NCBI GenBank assembly: GCA_964597855.1
Contig: CAZQZO010000004.1
Location: 24,219 to 88,218 of the forward strand
Length of the DNA stretch: 64,000 nucleotides
DNA from: an uncultured Halobacteriales archaeon
GTDB taxonomy: Archaea > Halobacteriota > Halobacteria > Halobacteriales > Hikarchaeaceae
Direction of reading: 5' to 3'
The notes beneath the pieces are model-generated. The model had not been told where the DNA came from. It searched no databases and was given only the letters and a program-made list of their open reading frames with translations. The position numbers were made by a program, and so were the translations under genes. This document shows positions 1 to 9,127 of this stretch, one piece after another. Position 1 is the first letter of the stretch. The number at the start of each line of letters is the position of its first letter.

Positions 1-722
1 TTCAATAGAATATATTCGTCTTTGATTTCTACCATGGGTTTTTCGTGACGTGTCCATACCAATACTGTAGGATCCCCTTCTATTTCTTCCACCGCTGCAT
101 CTGTTTTTTCTATATGGTTTAGAAATTCACCCCTCCTATAATACCCATCAATTGTAACTATGTATTCCGAATTTGCGTCTTGAACCCGATCTGCAAGTGC
201 ACTTGCAGAAAAACCAGCAAAAACTTCTGAATGGGGTGCCCCTATCCGTGCACATGCTAGCATAGTCATTGGAAGTTCTAGCACCATTGGAAGATGAAGT
301 GTAACTATGTCATTCTCTTTTACTCCTATTGATTTCAGAGCCGCAGCAATTTCATTTACCTCTCGATATAAATCTTGATAACTGATATTTTTTTGTTCCC
401 CATTTTCCCCTTCCCATAGCAATGCAGTTTGATTTTTCCTAGTGGTAAGATGGCGATCTATACAATTATAGGACGCATTTATTTTTCCCCCTACAAACCA
501 TTTATAGAATGGAGGATTTGACCCATCGAATGTCTGATCCCACCCCTCATACCAGTCGAGTAAGTTGGCATATTCTTCGAACCCATCCGGAAATTTATCT
601 AATCGTTCATAAATATCTGCACTCTTTACGTTTGCTTGTTCAATAAATTCCTTTGAGGGTTTGTAATATTCTTGCTCCGCCAAGTGCGCTTCAATAGTAC
701 CCATTCTGTTATTCGAGCTCAT
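1..722 (-). CDS. acs: Acetyl-CoA synthetase (AMP-forming), N-terminal part; gene runs off the window start
   Basis: Not in the ORF track because it is open at the window edge. Manual minus-strand translation from the ATG at 722-720 gives MSSNNRMGTIEAHLAEQEYYKPSKEFIEQANV...PPFYKWFVGGKINASYNCIDRHL...ISYQDLYREVNEIAAALKSIGV...LACARIGAPHSEVFAGFSA. This is the typical Acs N-terminal half. Confidence 0.8.
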   Translation of the reverse strand, partial: MSSNNRMGTIEAHLAEQEYYKPSKEFIEQANVKSADIYERLDKFPDGFEEYANLLDWYEGWDQTFDGSNPPFYKWFVGGKINASYNCIDRHLTTRKNQTALLWEGENGEQKNISYQDLYREVNEIAAALKSIGVKENDIVTLHLPMVLELPMTMLACARIGAPHSEVFAGFSASALADRVQDANSEYIVTIDGYYRRGEFLNHIEKTDAAVEEIEGDPTVLVWTRHEKPMVEIKDEYILL

Positions 723-743
723 ATGTATTCTACACTTTTACCG

Positions 744-753
744 TTTAAAATAC
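744..753 (-). promoter_or_regulatory. TATA-box-like element (TTTAAAATA region) about 25-30 nt upstream of the acs ATG
   Basis: AT-rich TTTAAAA motif in the 112-nt divergent spacer, at the spacing expected for a leaderless archaeal transcript. The motif is the only evidence. Confidence 0.3.
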
Positions 754-794
754 TATCTCATAATTTCTGCTCTGGATGCGGCGACTAAGAAATA

Positions 795-805
795 ACTTTT
801 ATAAT
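795..805 (+). promoter_or_regulatory. TATA-box-like element (ACTTTTATAAT) about 30-40 nt upstream of the ATG at 835
   Basis: Archaeal TATA-like consensus (TTTAWA) at the appropriate distance. The motif is the only evidence. Confidence 0.3.
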
Positions 806-834
806 CCTGAAAAAGAGATTTCTGGATATTTCTT

Positions 835-1260
835 ATGTCTGGACCTAGCTATTTACTAAGTTCTATCCTTATGGGTGCATTTTTTCTCACCATCGTTGCC
901 GTTTTCCTACGTTTAAAGGATTGGAATCGCACTTCTCCTACCAATTCTTCTAAATTCAATCTAAATTTCACAGAGCTCCTTCCCCACCTTCGGTTGATTT
1001 TGTTCTCAACTTTAGTTCTAGGTATTTCTGCATTTGCAGTAGTGTTCCTCAGCTCCCCGTCGTTTGATTTTGACGCTCAAACTTCGGTTATGATTTTCCT
1101 TGCACTCTTCTCACTTTTGTTCTTCTCTTATCTTTTATCTGGCCTTTATGCGTCTATAAGATCTCGTGGTGGGTCCCACGCATGGGCCCTTGCTATTATT
1201 ACCATCACCTTTGCAATCCTAATTCTAGTGGTGATCGTAACACAACTAATTCTCTCATGA
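835..1260 (+). CDS. Small integral membrane protein (about 4 TM), unknown function
   Basis: 141-aa ORF with four long hydrophobic segments. Its stop overlaps the next ATG (ATGA at 1257-1260), suggesting an operon with the following membrane protein. Confidence 0.45.
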   Translation: MSGPSYLLSSILMGAFFLTIVAVFLRLKDWNRTSPTNSSKFNLNFTELLPHLRLILFSTLVLGISAFAVVFLSSPSFDFDAQTSVMIFLALFSLLFFSYLLSGLYASIRSRGGSHAWALAIITITFAILILVVIVTQLILS

Positions 1261-2642
1261 GGGGACGTCTTTTATTTAAACAAACGTCACAATTACTTTT
1301 TTTAATTACCCTCTCGGTTTATCTCTTATCCGCGCCCGTCGCAGCACATGCTGGAGGTTTGCCTCTGACCAATGAACCTGCTATCATCCCAACTTGGCTT
1401 TTTGTTCTTACCGGTGGTGTTATCATTGGTGTTTCATTTTTATTTGTCAGCCTCGTGACCCAAAGACAACTCATCGATCAAATAAATGGTTACCAACTAA
1501 GTCTGCCACTTCCCCAATTTCCCCAATTAAATCTCCCAATTATTCAGTTTTTGTCTGTGTTTCTGTTAATTTACACTTTACTTTTAGGATTTATTGGTCC
1601 TCAAAACCCCACTTCTAATTTTGCAATTCTCTTCGTATGGGTTGTCTGGTGGGCCGGTTATACGATGACTGTATATTTATTTGGAAATACCTGGGAAAAA
1701 CTCAATCCCTGGAAATCAATTTCGACTATAATCCCATCCCTCAACCGTCCATATCCCTCCAAATTAGGTTCTTGGCCCGCTTCTCTTGGACTTCTGTTTT
1801 TTGTTCTAATCGAAGTAGGTTCTGATATCACCTATTCTCCTTCTACACTCTCAATTTTTCTTATCTTTTATACTCTCCTAACACTACTAGGATCTTTCAT
1901 CTACGGACCCGAACCATGGTTTACGAATGCAGACCCCATCTCTAAATTTTTTAGATGCTATGGAGAGATGTCATTACTAACTCCTACCTCCAACTCTCTC
2001 AATCTTCATTTACCTGGGCAAAAACTCGTAAAAGGAACTGATAACATTGGCCTTTCCGCACGCCACGAAGTTTTATTCATAATTACCATTCTTTTCATCA
2101 CGACTTATGATGGTTTAATCTCCACACAATTCTGGAATGAATGGGTCTTATTACCTTTACTTTCTTTGGGAATTCCAATTTTAATGATCCACTTCATTTC
2201 TCTTGTAGTTGGGCATGGAATTTTTTATGCAATCTATCATTATGCAATCATGACGATGCACCGAATTTCTGGTACTTATATTTCTATCCACTCTCTTAAT
2301 ATTAAATTTGCAGTTTCTCTCTTGCCCATTGCAGCTGGGTACCATCTCGCGCATTTTACAGGATACATTCTAACATTTTCTACAGCCTTTGTATCCACTA
2401 TTTTTTATCCCCTACAACCCCCCTCATTCTACCCATCCCCTCTTCCATTTTGGCTCCCCATAATGGCTTTAATTTTCATTTTACTTGGGCATATATGCTC
2501 AGTTTGGATTTCACATTGCATTTCATTTAAACTTTTCAGCGGCCGTTTACAACCACTCCGTAGTCAATATCCTATTATTTTCATTATGATATTGTATACT
2601 ATGTTCAGCCTTTGGATAGTCACTTCTCCTCTAGCAACATAA
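1257..2642 (+). CDS. Polytopic membrane protein (about 12 TM) with N-terminal signal-like segment, unknown function
   Basis: Long ORF. The in-frame ATG at 1257 (MRGRLLFKQ...) overlaps the upstream stop. A signal-like LSAPVAAHAGG is followed by many TM helices. I recognise no family motif. Confidence 0.55.
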   Translation: MRGRLLFKQTSQLLFLITLSVYLLSAPVAAHAGGLPLTNEPAIIPTWLFVLTGGVIIGVSFLFVSLVTQRQLIDQINGYQLSLPLPQFPQLNLPIIQFLSVFLLIYTLLLGFIGPQNPTSNFAILFVWVVWWAGYTMTVYLFGNTWEKLNPWKSISTIIPSLNRPYPSKLGSWPASLGLLFFVLIEVGSDITYSPSTLSIFLIFYTLLTLLGSFIYGPEPWFTNADPISKFFRCYGEMSLLTPTSNSLNLHLPGQKLVKGTDNIGLSARHEVLFIITILFITTYDGLISTQFWNEWVLLPLLSLGIPILMIHFISLVVGHGIFYAIYHYAIMTMHRISGTYISIHSLNIKFAVSLLPIAAGYHLAHFTGYILTFSTAFVSTIFYPLQPPSFYPSPLPFWLPIMALIFILLGHICSVWISHCISFKLFSGRLQPLRSQYPIIFIMILYTMFSLWIVTSPLAT

Positions 2643-2681
2643 GAATAATTTTATTTCTTTGCGTTTTCTACCATCTTCATC

Positions 2682-2969
2682 ATGGAACAAACTTCACTAA
2701 TTGGAATAGAGTTTTCAGTTCCTACTTCTAACGACATAGTCGAACAATGCCACCTCTGCGAATTCATATGCTCGGCAAGAGAACATCTGGTCTTCCATCT
2801 GGTCGAATCTCACCCTGACCAGTGTTCTGCCGAAATAAATGAGGAATATGCAAAACTCTCTCTAAAAGAATCTGATAAATTGTTTATTTACCATTTAAAA
2901 ATATGTTCTCTAATAATGCTAACTTTGATGGGACTTGCGTATATTTATGCATTTGTTTTGGCCGGATAA
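2682..2969 (+). CDS. Small protein with C2H2-type zinc-finger motif and C-terminal TM anchor
   Basis: 95-aa ORF. CHLCEFICSAREHLVFHLVESH fits C-x2-C-x12-H-x4-H. The C-terminal ICSLIMLTLMGLAYIYAFVLAG segment is hydrophobic. Confidence 0.45.
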   Translation: MEQTSLIGIEFSVPTSNDIVEQCHLCEFICSAREHLVFHLVESHPDQCSAEINEEYAKLSLKESDKLFIYHLKICSLIMLTLMGLAYIYAFVLAG

Positions 2970-3075
2970 TTTAAATTTGATCTCCCTTTGAACCACTCAA
3001 CGAGAATAAACCAGTATAAGGGTTTTACGGGCATAGGTCGTAATAGATAAGTACCCTAACCGTCCAAAATTATAC

Positions 3076-3783
3076 GTGTTAGATTTTAGTTTCAGTTTTC
3101 TCTTAGCTGGATCAAACATCCTCCAGATTTTCCCAACAGGAAGTAGGAATTTTATTTTCGACCAAATTTTCTTCGTATTTGTACTTCTTGGGACTATCGT
3201 TGGTGTGATTGTTATCGCTTATATGCTCATCCAAGCATACCGATACCGAGAGGGTTCTGCCCCTAAAAAAGACGATGTAGACCGCCCCAAACTAGGAGAA
3301 TTGCCCCCTCCAGTCGACGATGGGAATAAATTACTCAAGTCTCTCCTTTTGAGTGCAGTGGTAGTAATAGCCCTTGTCGTCTGGACCTATGGTTCACTCT
3401 TATACGTCGAAGCCCAACCGTCTCAAGTAGATGGTGCACTAACCGTTGAAGTCGAAGCATACCAGTTCGGATTCATTTTCACTTACCCTGATGGCTATCA
3501 ATCATCAGGCGTACTCCGAGCACCCGTGGATCGAGTCACAGTTCTGAAGATAACTTCAAGAGATGTGTTGCATAATTTTGGTTCTCCGGATCTCCGTATA
3601 AAAGCTGATGCAGCCCCTGGGCAAATATCCGAAACCTGGTTCTTAGCTGAGTCTACAGGAACATACGATTCCGCTTGTTATGAACTATGTGGTGCTGGTC
3701 ATTCTTACATGAAAGCAGACATAATAATACTAGAAAATTCCGAGTTCGAACAATGGAATAAAACTAAAAATAATGGTAATTAA
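3076..3783 (+). CDS. coxB: Heme-copper (cytochrome c/quinol) oxidase subunit II, CuA-type
   Basis: CuA ligand motif CYELCGAGHSYM with an upstream HNF. Two N-terminal TM helices. GTG start. Lies immediately upstream of subunit I. Confidence 0.85.
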   Translation: MLDFSFSFLLAGSNILQIFPTGSRNFIFDQIFFVFVLLGTIVGVIVIAYMLIQAYRYREGSAPKKDDVDRPKLGELPPPVDDGNKLLKSLLLSAVVVIALVVWTYGSLLYVEAQPSQVDGALTVEVEAYQFGFIFTYPDGYQSSGVLRAPVDRVTVLKITSRDVLHNFGSPDLRIKADAAPGQISETWFLAESTGTYDSACYELCGAGHSYMKADIIILENSEFEQWNKTKNNGN

Positions 3784-3785
3784 CT

Positions 3786-5447
3786 ATGAATAAACTTTTG
3801 CAAACTGATGGTGGCCACTCCGATGAACATGGCCTTCCACCAATGAGTTCTATCAAACGCTGGTTAGTAACAACAAATCACAAAGACATTGGACTTCTTT
3901 ATATTGTAACCTCTTTATTTTTCTTAGTAATGGGTGGTGTTCTCGCCCTCTTAATCCGATTACAACTCTGGCTACCTCGTGCTCCCGGAGAAGGATTACT
4001 ATCTGCCTTTGCGTATAACCAATCCGTCACCGCACACGGTCTAATAATGGTATTTTGGTTCCTTTCTCCATTTGCATTTGGATTTGCCAATTACATAGTT
4101 CCTTTACAAATAGGTGCAAGAGATCTGGCCTTCCCCCGCCTAAATGCTTTGAGCTATTGGCTTTATTTAATTTCTGGAATTTTACTTGGGATTTCATTTT
4201 TCCAAGGGGGAACATTCAATGGAGGGTGGACTGTGTATGCGCCTTTGAACCTCCCTGCATTTACCCCCCAAGTCGGTGCAACTTCTGCAATCTTGGCATT
4301 ATTTATCTTCTCAGTTGCTATTACCGCAGGATCTGTTAATTTCCTCACCACCATCCACCGCATGCGTGCCAAAGGCATGACGTTACTTAACATGCCTTTG
4401 TTCACTTGGACTATACTGTTAACAGTATGGATGATGCTATTCGCATTTGCTGCACTGCTTGCTGCACTGATGATTCTATCCTCTGATAGGATCTTGGGAA
4501 CAACCTACTTTTCAACTACTGGAACGCAAGGGTCTCTCTTATGGACTCACTTGTTCTGGTTCTTCGGCCACCCCGAAGTCTATATTGTATTTTTCCCAGC
4601 CCTAGGTGCAATGGCAGAGATTTTCCAGACGTTCACCGGCAAACGAATTGTTGGAAGGAAATGGTTCATAGCAGCCCTCGTTCTCGTCACTGTCCAAAGT
4701 TTCGTCGTTTGGATGCACCATATGTTCCTCACGGGGATCAACCTCGAAATAAAAACAATTATCATGATAACTACCATTGGAATCTCGCTCCCATTCGATT
4801 TGATGGTATTTGCTCTCATTTATACTCTCATAAAAGGAAGAATTCAGTTCACCACCCCCTTCCTCTTTGCATTCGGAGGGTTGATTTTATTCATCATCGG
4901 TGGAATCACCGGGGTCTTTTTGGGCGCCGTAGTACTCGACTACGAATTCCGTGGGACCTACTGGGTAGTTGCACACTTCCATTACGTCATGGTTGGTGGT
5001 GTAACTGGTCTAGTTGCAGCAATTTACTATTGGTTCCCGAAAATAACTGGTAGAATGTATGATGAGTTTTTGGGTAAGGTGAATTTCGTATTATACTTCA
5101 TAGGTTTCAATCTACTTTATTTCCCATTATTCATCGCCTGGGAAACTCCACGTAGAGTTTTCACCTATTCCCCATCCTTGATACCCTGGCATCAAATGGC
5201 CACTATCGGTGGATTAATCTTGGCAGCTTCATTTGCTGTAATGCTATACAATTTCTTTGTAAGTCTCTCCCGCGGAGAAGAAGCTGGACCCTCTCCCTGG
5301 AAATATGCCTCCACACTAGAATGGGCACTTCCTTCTCCACCACCTTTGGAAAATTGGGAAGGCACTCCTACTTATGAAAACGGAAAACTAGAATTCTTAC
5401 CAGATAATATCAAAACCGACGGAGGTGAATCTACCCATGAGCGATGA
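3786..5447 (+). CDS. coxA: Heme-copper oxidase subunit I
   Basis: 553 aa and 12+ TM. Contains the hallmark WFFGHPEVYI, plus HHMF and VAHFHYVM histidine ligand motifs. Confidence 0.95.
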   Translation: MNKLLQTDGGHSDEHGLPPMSSIKRWLVTTNHKDIGLLYIVTSLFFLVMGGVLALLIRLQLWLPRAPGEGLLSAFAYNQSVTAHGLIMVFWFLSPFAFGFANYIVPLQIGARDLAFPRLNALSYWLYLISGILLGISFFQGGTFNGGWTVYAPLNLPAFTPQVGATSAILALFIFSVAITAGSVNFLTTIHRMRAKGMTLLNMPLFTWTILLTVWMMLFAFAALLAALMILSSDRILGTTYFSTTGTQGSLLWTHLFWFFGHPEVYIVFFPALGAMAEIFQTFTGKRIVGRKWFIAALVLVTVQSFVVWMHHMFLTGINLEIKTIIMITTIGISLPFDLMVFALIYTLIKGRIQFTTPFLFAFGGLILFIIGGITGVFLGAVVLDYEFRGTYWVVAHFHYVMVGGVTGLVAAIYYWFPKITGRMYDEFLGKVNFVLYFIGFNLLYFPLFIAWETPRRVFTYSPSLIPWHQMATIGGLILAASFAVMLYNFFVSLSRGEEAGPSPWKYASTLEWALPSPPPLENWEGTPTYENGKLEFLPDNIKTDGGESTHER

Positions 5448-6225
5448 GACTGCCACCCCCCATGTAGAAACGCATGCGAGCATTTGGCCATTTTGCATAT
5501 CTATAGGGGTTCTATTCTTCCTCATTGGACTCTCTGGATTCACTCAGGGAAATTCCCCCTCTCTAATCTATCCAGTCACTCTCATACTCGGACTAATAGT
5601 TTTCTCAGCATCCATGATTGGACTTGGTCTTCAAAGATTTGAAGGCCCGGAAGGTGGATTTGGTGAAGCATGGCCATTCCAGAATATAGAGAATATGAAA
5701 ACTGGTGTATGGATCTTCTTAGCATCAGATGTGGTCTTATTCGGAGCCTTCATTGGAACTGCCATTTTCATTCGAGTCGCTTATGGTTGGACAGATTGGA
5801 CTCCTGTTCCGGACGATGTCATACCTGGTTTAATGAACACTTATTTACTTCTCACTAGCAGTTTCACTGTAATCTTGGCCCTCGTCGCAGCAGAACGAAA
5901 GAATAGGTATGGAGTAGTTGTAAGTCTAATCACAACACTTCTTCTTGGAATTGGTTTCTTAGTAAACAAAGGCATCGAATGGAATCACCTTTTCCAACAT
6001 GGATACTGGCTTTCAACCAATGTGAAAACTTCTACCTTTTTCTTAACAACCGGTCTCCACGGGGCACACGTAATTGGTGGTCTTATAATTTGTATCTGGC
6101 TTATAGGCCGTGCCTGGAATGGTGCCTATCTGGAAGACAATAGGGTCCTCGAGTACTTTGGTTTATACTGGCACTTTGTCGACATTGTGTGGTTATTCCT
6201 ATTTCCCCTATTCTATATATTGTGA
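5437..6225 (+). CDS. coxC: Heme-copper oxidase subunit III
   Basis: Multi-TM protein with the TGLHGAHVIGG and YWHFVDIVWLFLF motifs typical of subunit III. The ATG at 5437 overlaps the coxA end by 11 nt; the track start 5425 is a non-ATG codon. Confidence 0.85.
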   Translation: MSDETATPHVETHASIWPFCISIGVLFFLIGLSGFTQGNSPSLIYPVTLILGLIVFSASMIGLGLQRFEGPEGGFGEAWPFQNIENMKTGVWIFLASDVVLFGAFIGTAIFIRVAYGWTDWTPVPDDVIPGLMNTYLLLTSSFTVILALVAAERKNRYGVVVSLITTLLLGIGFLVNKGIEWNHLFQHGYWLSTNVKTSTFFLTTGLHGAHVIGGLIICIWLIGRAWNGAYLEDNRVLEYFGLYWHFVDIVWLFLFPLFYIL

Positions 6226-6237
6226 GGCAATCAAAAA

Positions 6238-6507
6238 ATGGTATCACTTAAAACTTATACAATAATATACGTGGCATTGTTCATCTCTGCAACAGTACAG
6301 GTTCTTGTCGAATTCGCCGGTTGGCTAAATACAATGTATTGGGTCGCCTTTTGGATCATCATGATTTTATCTCTTATGAAAGCAGTATTGGTTGCAGGAT
6401 GGTTCCAACACTTACGATATGATCCTCCATCCTTGAGTTATTTGATTCTCATTGGTTTGGGGGCTGCCCTTGCACTCACTCTAGCAGCCTCTTATTCCAT
6501 TCAATAA
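6238..6507 (+). CDS. Small 2-3 TM protein, probable prokaryotic oxidase subunit IV-like
   Basis: 89 aa and hydrophobic, directly after coxC. The FQHLRYD segment resembles the FMHL region of COX4_pro-type subunits. Position and size are the main evidence. Confidence 0.5.
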   Translation: MVSLKTYTIIYVALFISATVQVLVEFAGWLNTMYWVAFWIIMILSLMKAVLVAGWFQHLRYDPPSLSYLILIGLGAALALTLAASYSIQ

Positions 6508-6559
6508 TTTTGAATTCGTTCTAATATCTGTTTAAACCAAACTCGTCGTGCATAAATAG

Positions 6560-7855
6560 ATGTACAGTTTAGTTTTAATTGTGAATGAAAAGGCACCCAC
6601 TCTCTCTATTTATTTACTATCTCTTGTATGCATAGGTGTCTATGTATTTTCCATGGCAAAAATCTTAAATCCATCTCTGCACCCTTTGCCAGATCTACCT
6701 TTTATCCTAATCGGAATTGTATCACTTTTCACGATTTTTTTACATAGAATCAACTCTACTAAGGTTAAAATTTTATTGTGGATTGGAACCATTTCGTATT
6801 TCATTTCGAATCTGGTCCATCTCCCCCTTGAGCCCTTTCTTAATTTACTCCTTGACCTTTTAATTTTCACAATTTTCTTCCTAGCTCTTACATTTTCTCT
6901 TGAATTTTCCACCTCATCTTTAAACATGCCTGATGAACCCCCTGTACAGAAATCTCCATCTTTCTTGTCTGCATATTCTGATCATTTTTCATATGTATCC
7001 AAACATGTGCTATTTGACTATATCCACTTAACAAAACCTAGATTGATGTGGCTTCTATGTTTGGTTGCATTTGCCGGAATGGCTGTCAGCGCAAAATCAT
7101 CTCTATCTTTCAATACAATCGTTCTAACCCTGTTGGGGGGAATTTTAGCAATCGGAGCAAGTGGAACTTTCAATCATATTTTTGAAGCCGATCTCGATAA
7201 AAATATGAGTAGAACTGCTAACAGACCCCTGGCAACTCAGAAAATATCCAAATCGAACGCTTGGATTTTTGGCGTTGCCCTTGCAACAGCTTCGACTCTT
7301 ATATTTTTAACATTAAACCTCTTCGCGGCCCTCCTCGCATTATCTGCAATCCTCTACTATAGCGTGATTTACACCCTCTTGCTTAAACCAAACACTGCAC
7401 AAAACACCGTAATCGGGGGGGTTGCCGGATCTTTTCCAGTTATTATTGGTTCTGTTGCAGCAACCGCTACCATCACTACTGATGCCATCTTACTCGCAAT
7501 ACTAATTTTCTTCTGGACTCCTGCTCATTTTTACAATCTAGCTTTGACCTATAAGAAAGATTTTGAACAAAGTGGTCTGCCAATGTTCCCCGTTGTACAT
7601 GGGGATGCAAAAACTAGGAAACATATTTTGTTCTACTTTGGGGCAACTCTCATTTCCGCTCTATTATTCTTTTTTGTGAGTGGACTTTCTTTGTTGTTCT
7701 TCTCTGTAAATTCTATCTTTTTCATAGTGTTCCTTTGGACAATAATCCTTTCTCATTATCAACCCTCTAGACTAACTTCAATGAGGGCTTTTTACGCATC
7801 AAATTTGTATCTTGGTGCACTCTTGATATCTATCATTTTAGAGATCCTATTATGA
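6560..7855 (+). CDS. ctaB: Protoheme IX farnesyltransferase (heme O synthase) with extra about 140-aa 4-TM N-terminal domain
   Basis: The C-terminal 290 aa or so are UbiA-fold: LTKPRLMWL, FNHIFEADLDKNMSRTANRPL, WTPAHFYNLAL. The reading frame stays open for about 120 codons upstream of the canonical CtaB start in an AT-rich genome. Confidence 0.85.
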   Translation: MYSLVLIVNEKAPTLSIYLLSLVCIGVYVFSMAKILNPSLHPLPDLPFILIGIVSLFTIFLHRINSTKVKILLWIGTISYFISNLVHLPLEPFLNLLLDLLIFTIFFLALTFSLEFSTSSLNMPDEPPVQKSPSFLSAYSDHFSYVSKHVLFDYIHLTKPRLMWLLCLVAFAGMAVSAKSSLSFNTIVLTLLGGILAIGASGTFNHIFEADLDKNMSRTANRPLATQKISKSNAWIFGVALATASTLIFLTLNLFAALLALSAILYYSVIYTLLLKPNTAQNTVIGGVAGSFPVIIGSVAATATITTDAILLAILIFFWTPAHFYNLALTYKKDFEQSGLPMFPVVHGDAKTRKHILFYFGATLISALLFFFVSGLSLLFFSVNSIFFIVFLWTIILSHYQPSRLTSMRAFYASNLYLGALLISIILEILL

Positions 7856-8532
7856 TTGATATGACTCTGTCACCCACTAGACGGAACTTTTTATTTTTAT
7901 TCTTATTCATTTTCATTCTGGAGTTTTCTTTAACACTGGTCTACCTTCTTTATTCAGGAGTCATCTTAACCGACCCTTTGATTCTTCTTTACCCCTTCTT
8001 GTGGATCAATTCGAGTATCTTTGTTCTCCTTCTAATTCTCCCCACAAATGTACCTATTCCCCGGCGATTACCTGCACTTTTTCTTGGATTTTTATATTTT
8101 GTAGTACTAGCTTATCTCAGCTCTATTTTGGACCCTGGGCATATCTTTCACAATCATACAAGCTTCGACCACGATTTCGGTCTAAGAGTTGCATTTGCAT
8201 CCATGCCCCCTGGCTGGGCACCCTCTATATTCTATAGCGGAAATCTAATTTCTATATATGCACTTTTCTTCGAGTTGATTGGTTATATCTCCCTTTCTTA
8301 CTTATTTTATCGGTCCGTCCTTAGTTTTGACCGATTTGCATTTTCTGGTGCAATAGGTGTCTTTTCCTGCGTAAGTTGCACTTGGCCTCTTATCGGTACT
8401 TATCTAGCTAGCATTTCGGGATCTTCCCTTCCTCTCTTTCTATCAACACACCAATCTTATGGTTTCTCGACATTGATATTTATCACCGCACTTTCGCTCC
8501 TTTTCTGGAATTTACCAAAACGCGATTTCTAG
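7852..8532 (+). CDS. Integral membrane protein with His-rich loop and membrane CxxC, possible oxidase assembly/metal-handling factor
   Basis: ATGA overlap with the ctaB stop. About 6 TM. Contains the loop GHIFHNHTSFDHDFG and the motif FSCVSCTWP. Not assigned to a family. Confidence 0.5.
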   Translation: MIDMTLSPTRRNFLFLFLFIFILEFSLTLVYLLYSGVILTDPLILLYPFLWINSSIFVLLLILPTNVPIPRRLPALFLGFLYFVVLAYLSSILDPGHIFHNHTSFDHDFGLRVAFASMPPGWAPSIFYSGNLISIYALFFELIGYISLSYLFYRSVLSFDRFAFSGAIGVFSCVSCTWPLIGTYLASISGSSLPLFLSTHQSYGFSTLIFITALSLLFWNLPKRDF

Positions 8533-9044
8533 ATTTCAATAGGCGTTCCAAATTTATTATAACTAACTACCTCGTCTATCGCTTTTCTTTCTTTCCTCCC
8601 TGTAATTTTCTTTATAGGATATCCAAATCCCACTACGGCAGTAAGATGGTATTCTTCTGGGATGTTCAACGATAGTTTGGCCTTTTCTTGGTCTGGTTCC
8701 TTTATCGTATACAAGCGAGAACCCACCCCATTTTCCCATCCTACCAATTGCATTTGTGTTACCGATCTTCCCGCATCTATTTCATTAAAATTATATTTTG
8801 GATCTGTAGTAGTAACTATTGCAAAATCCGCATTTCTCACCCAACCTCCTGTGGGGCTAACACCAGCGAGTTTTTCCAATTCTTCTTCCCCTTCAACAAG
8901 TATATAATGCCAATGCTGTAAATTTCTCCCGCTCGGGGCAAGTCTACCCGCTTCAAGAATTTTCTTTTTAGCTTCTACTTCCACCGATTTTTTTTCAAAT
9001 TCCTGTATTTCAATTCGAGTTTTAATAGTCTCTAATACTCCCAT
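8529..9044 (-). CDS. Nitroreductase family protein
   Basis: 171 aa. The N-terminal RLAPSGRNLQHWHYILV is the typical nitroreductase FMN-binding signature, and the size fits. Confidence 0.8.
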   Translation of the reverse strand: MGVLETIKTRIEIQEFEKKSVEVEAKKKILEAGRLAPSGRNLQHWHYILVEGEEELEKLAGVSPTGGWVRNADFAIVTTTDPKYNFNEIDAGRSVTQMQLVGWENGVGSRLYTIKEPDQEKAKLSLNIPEEYHLTAVVGFGYPIKKITGRKERKAIDEVVSYNKFGTPIEI

Positions 9045-9127
9045 TCACCCCCCTAAGACCTTTATTTTAATATCTCTTTATATTGCAAATCCCAACGCAT
9101 AATTCCTCTCCCCTCTGATCACAACCA

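Noticed and set aside
1182-1256. Upstream extension of the 12-TM membrane protein ORF (track start 1182, MGPCYYYHHLCNP...)
   Set aside because: It overlaps the 3' end of the preceding ORF in another frame. The in-frame ATG at 1257 gives the common ATGA stop/start coupling and a sensible signal-like N-terminus.
6640-6927. 95-aa minus-strand ORF antisense to the 5' part of ctaB, which could argue that the CtaB N-terminal extension is non-coding
   Set aside because: Its product is a highly basic Lys/Arg-rich sequence, typical of the antisense strand of a hydrophobic coding region. The plus-strand frame encodes four regular TM helices and is contiguous with ctaB.
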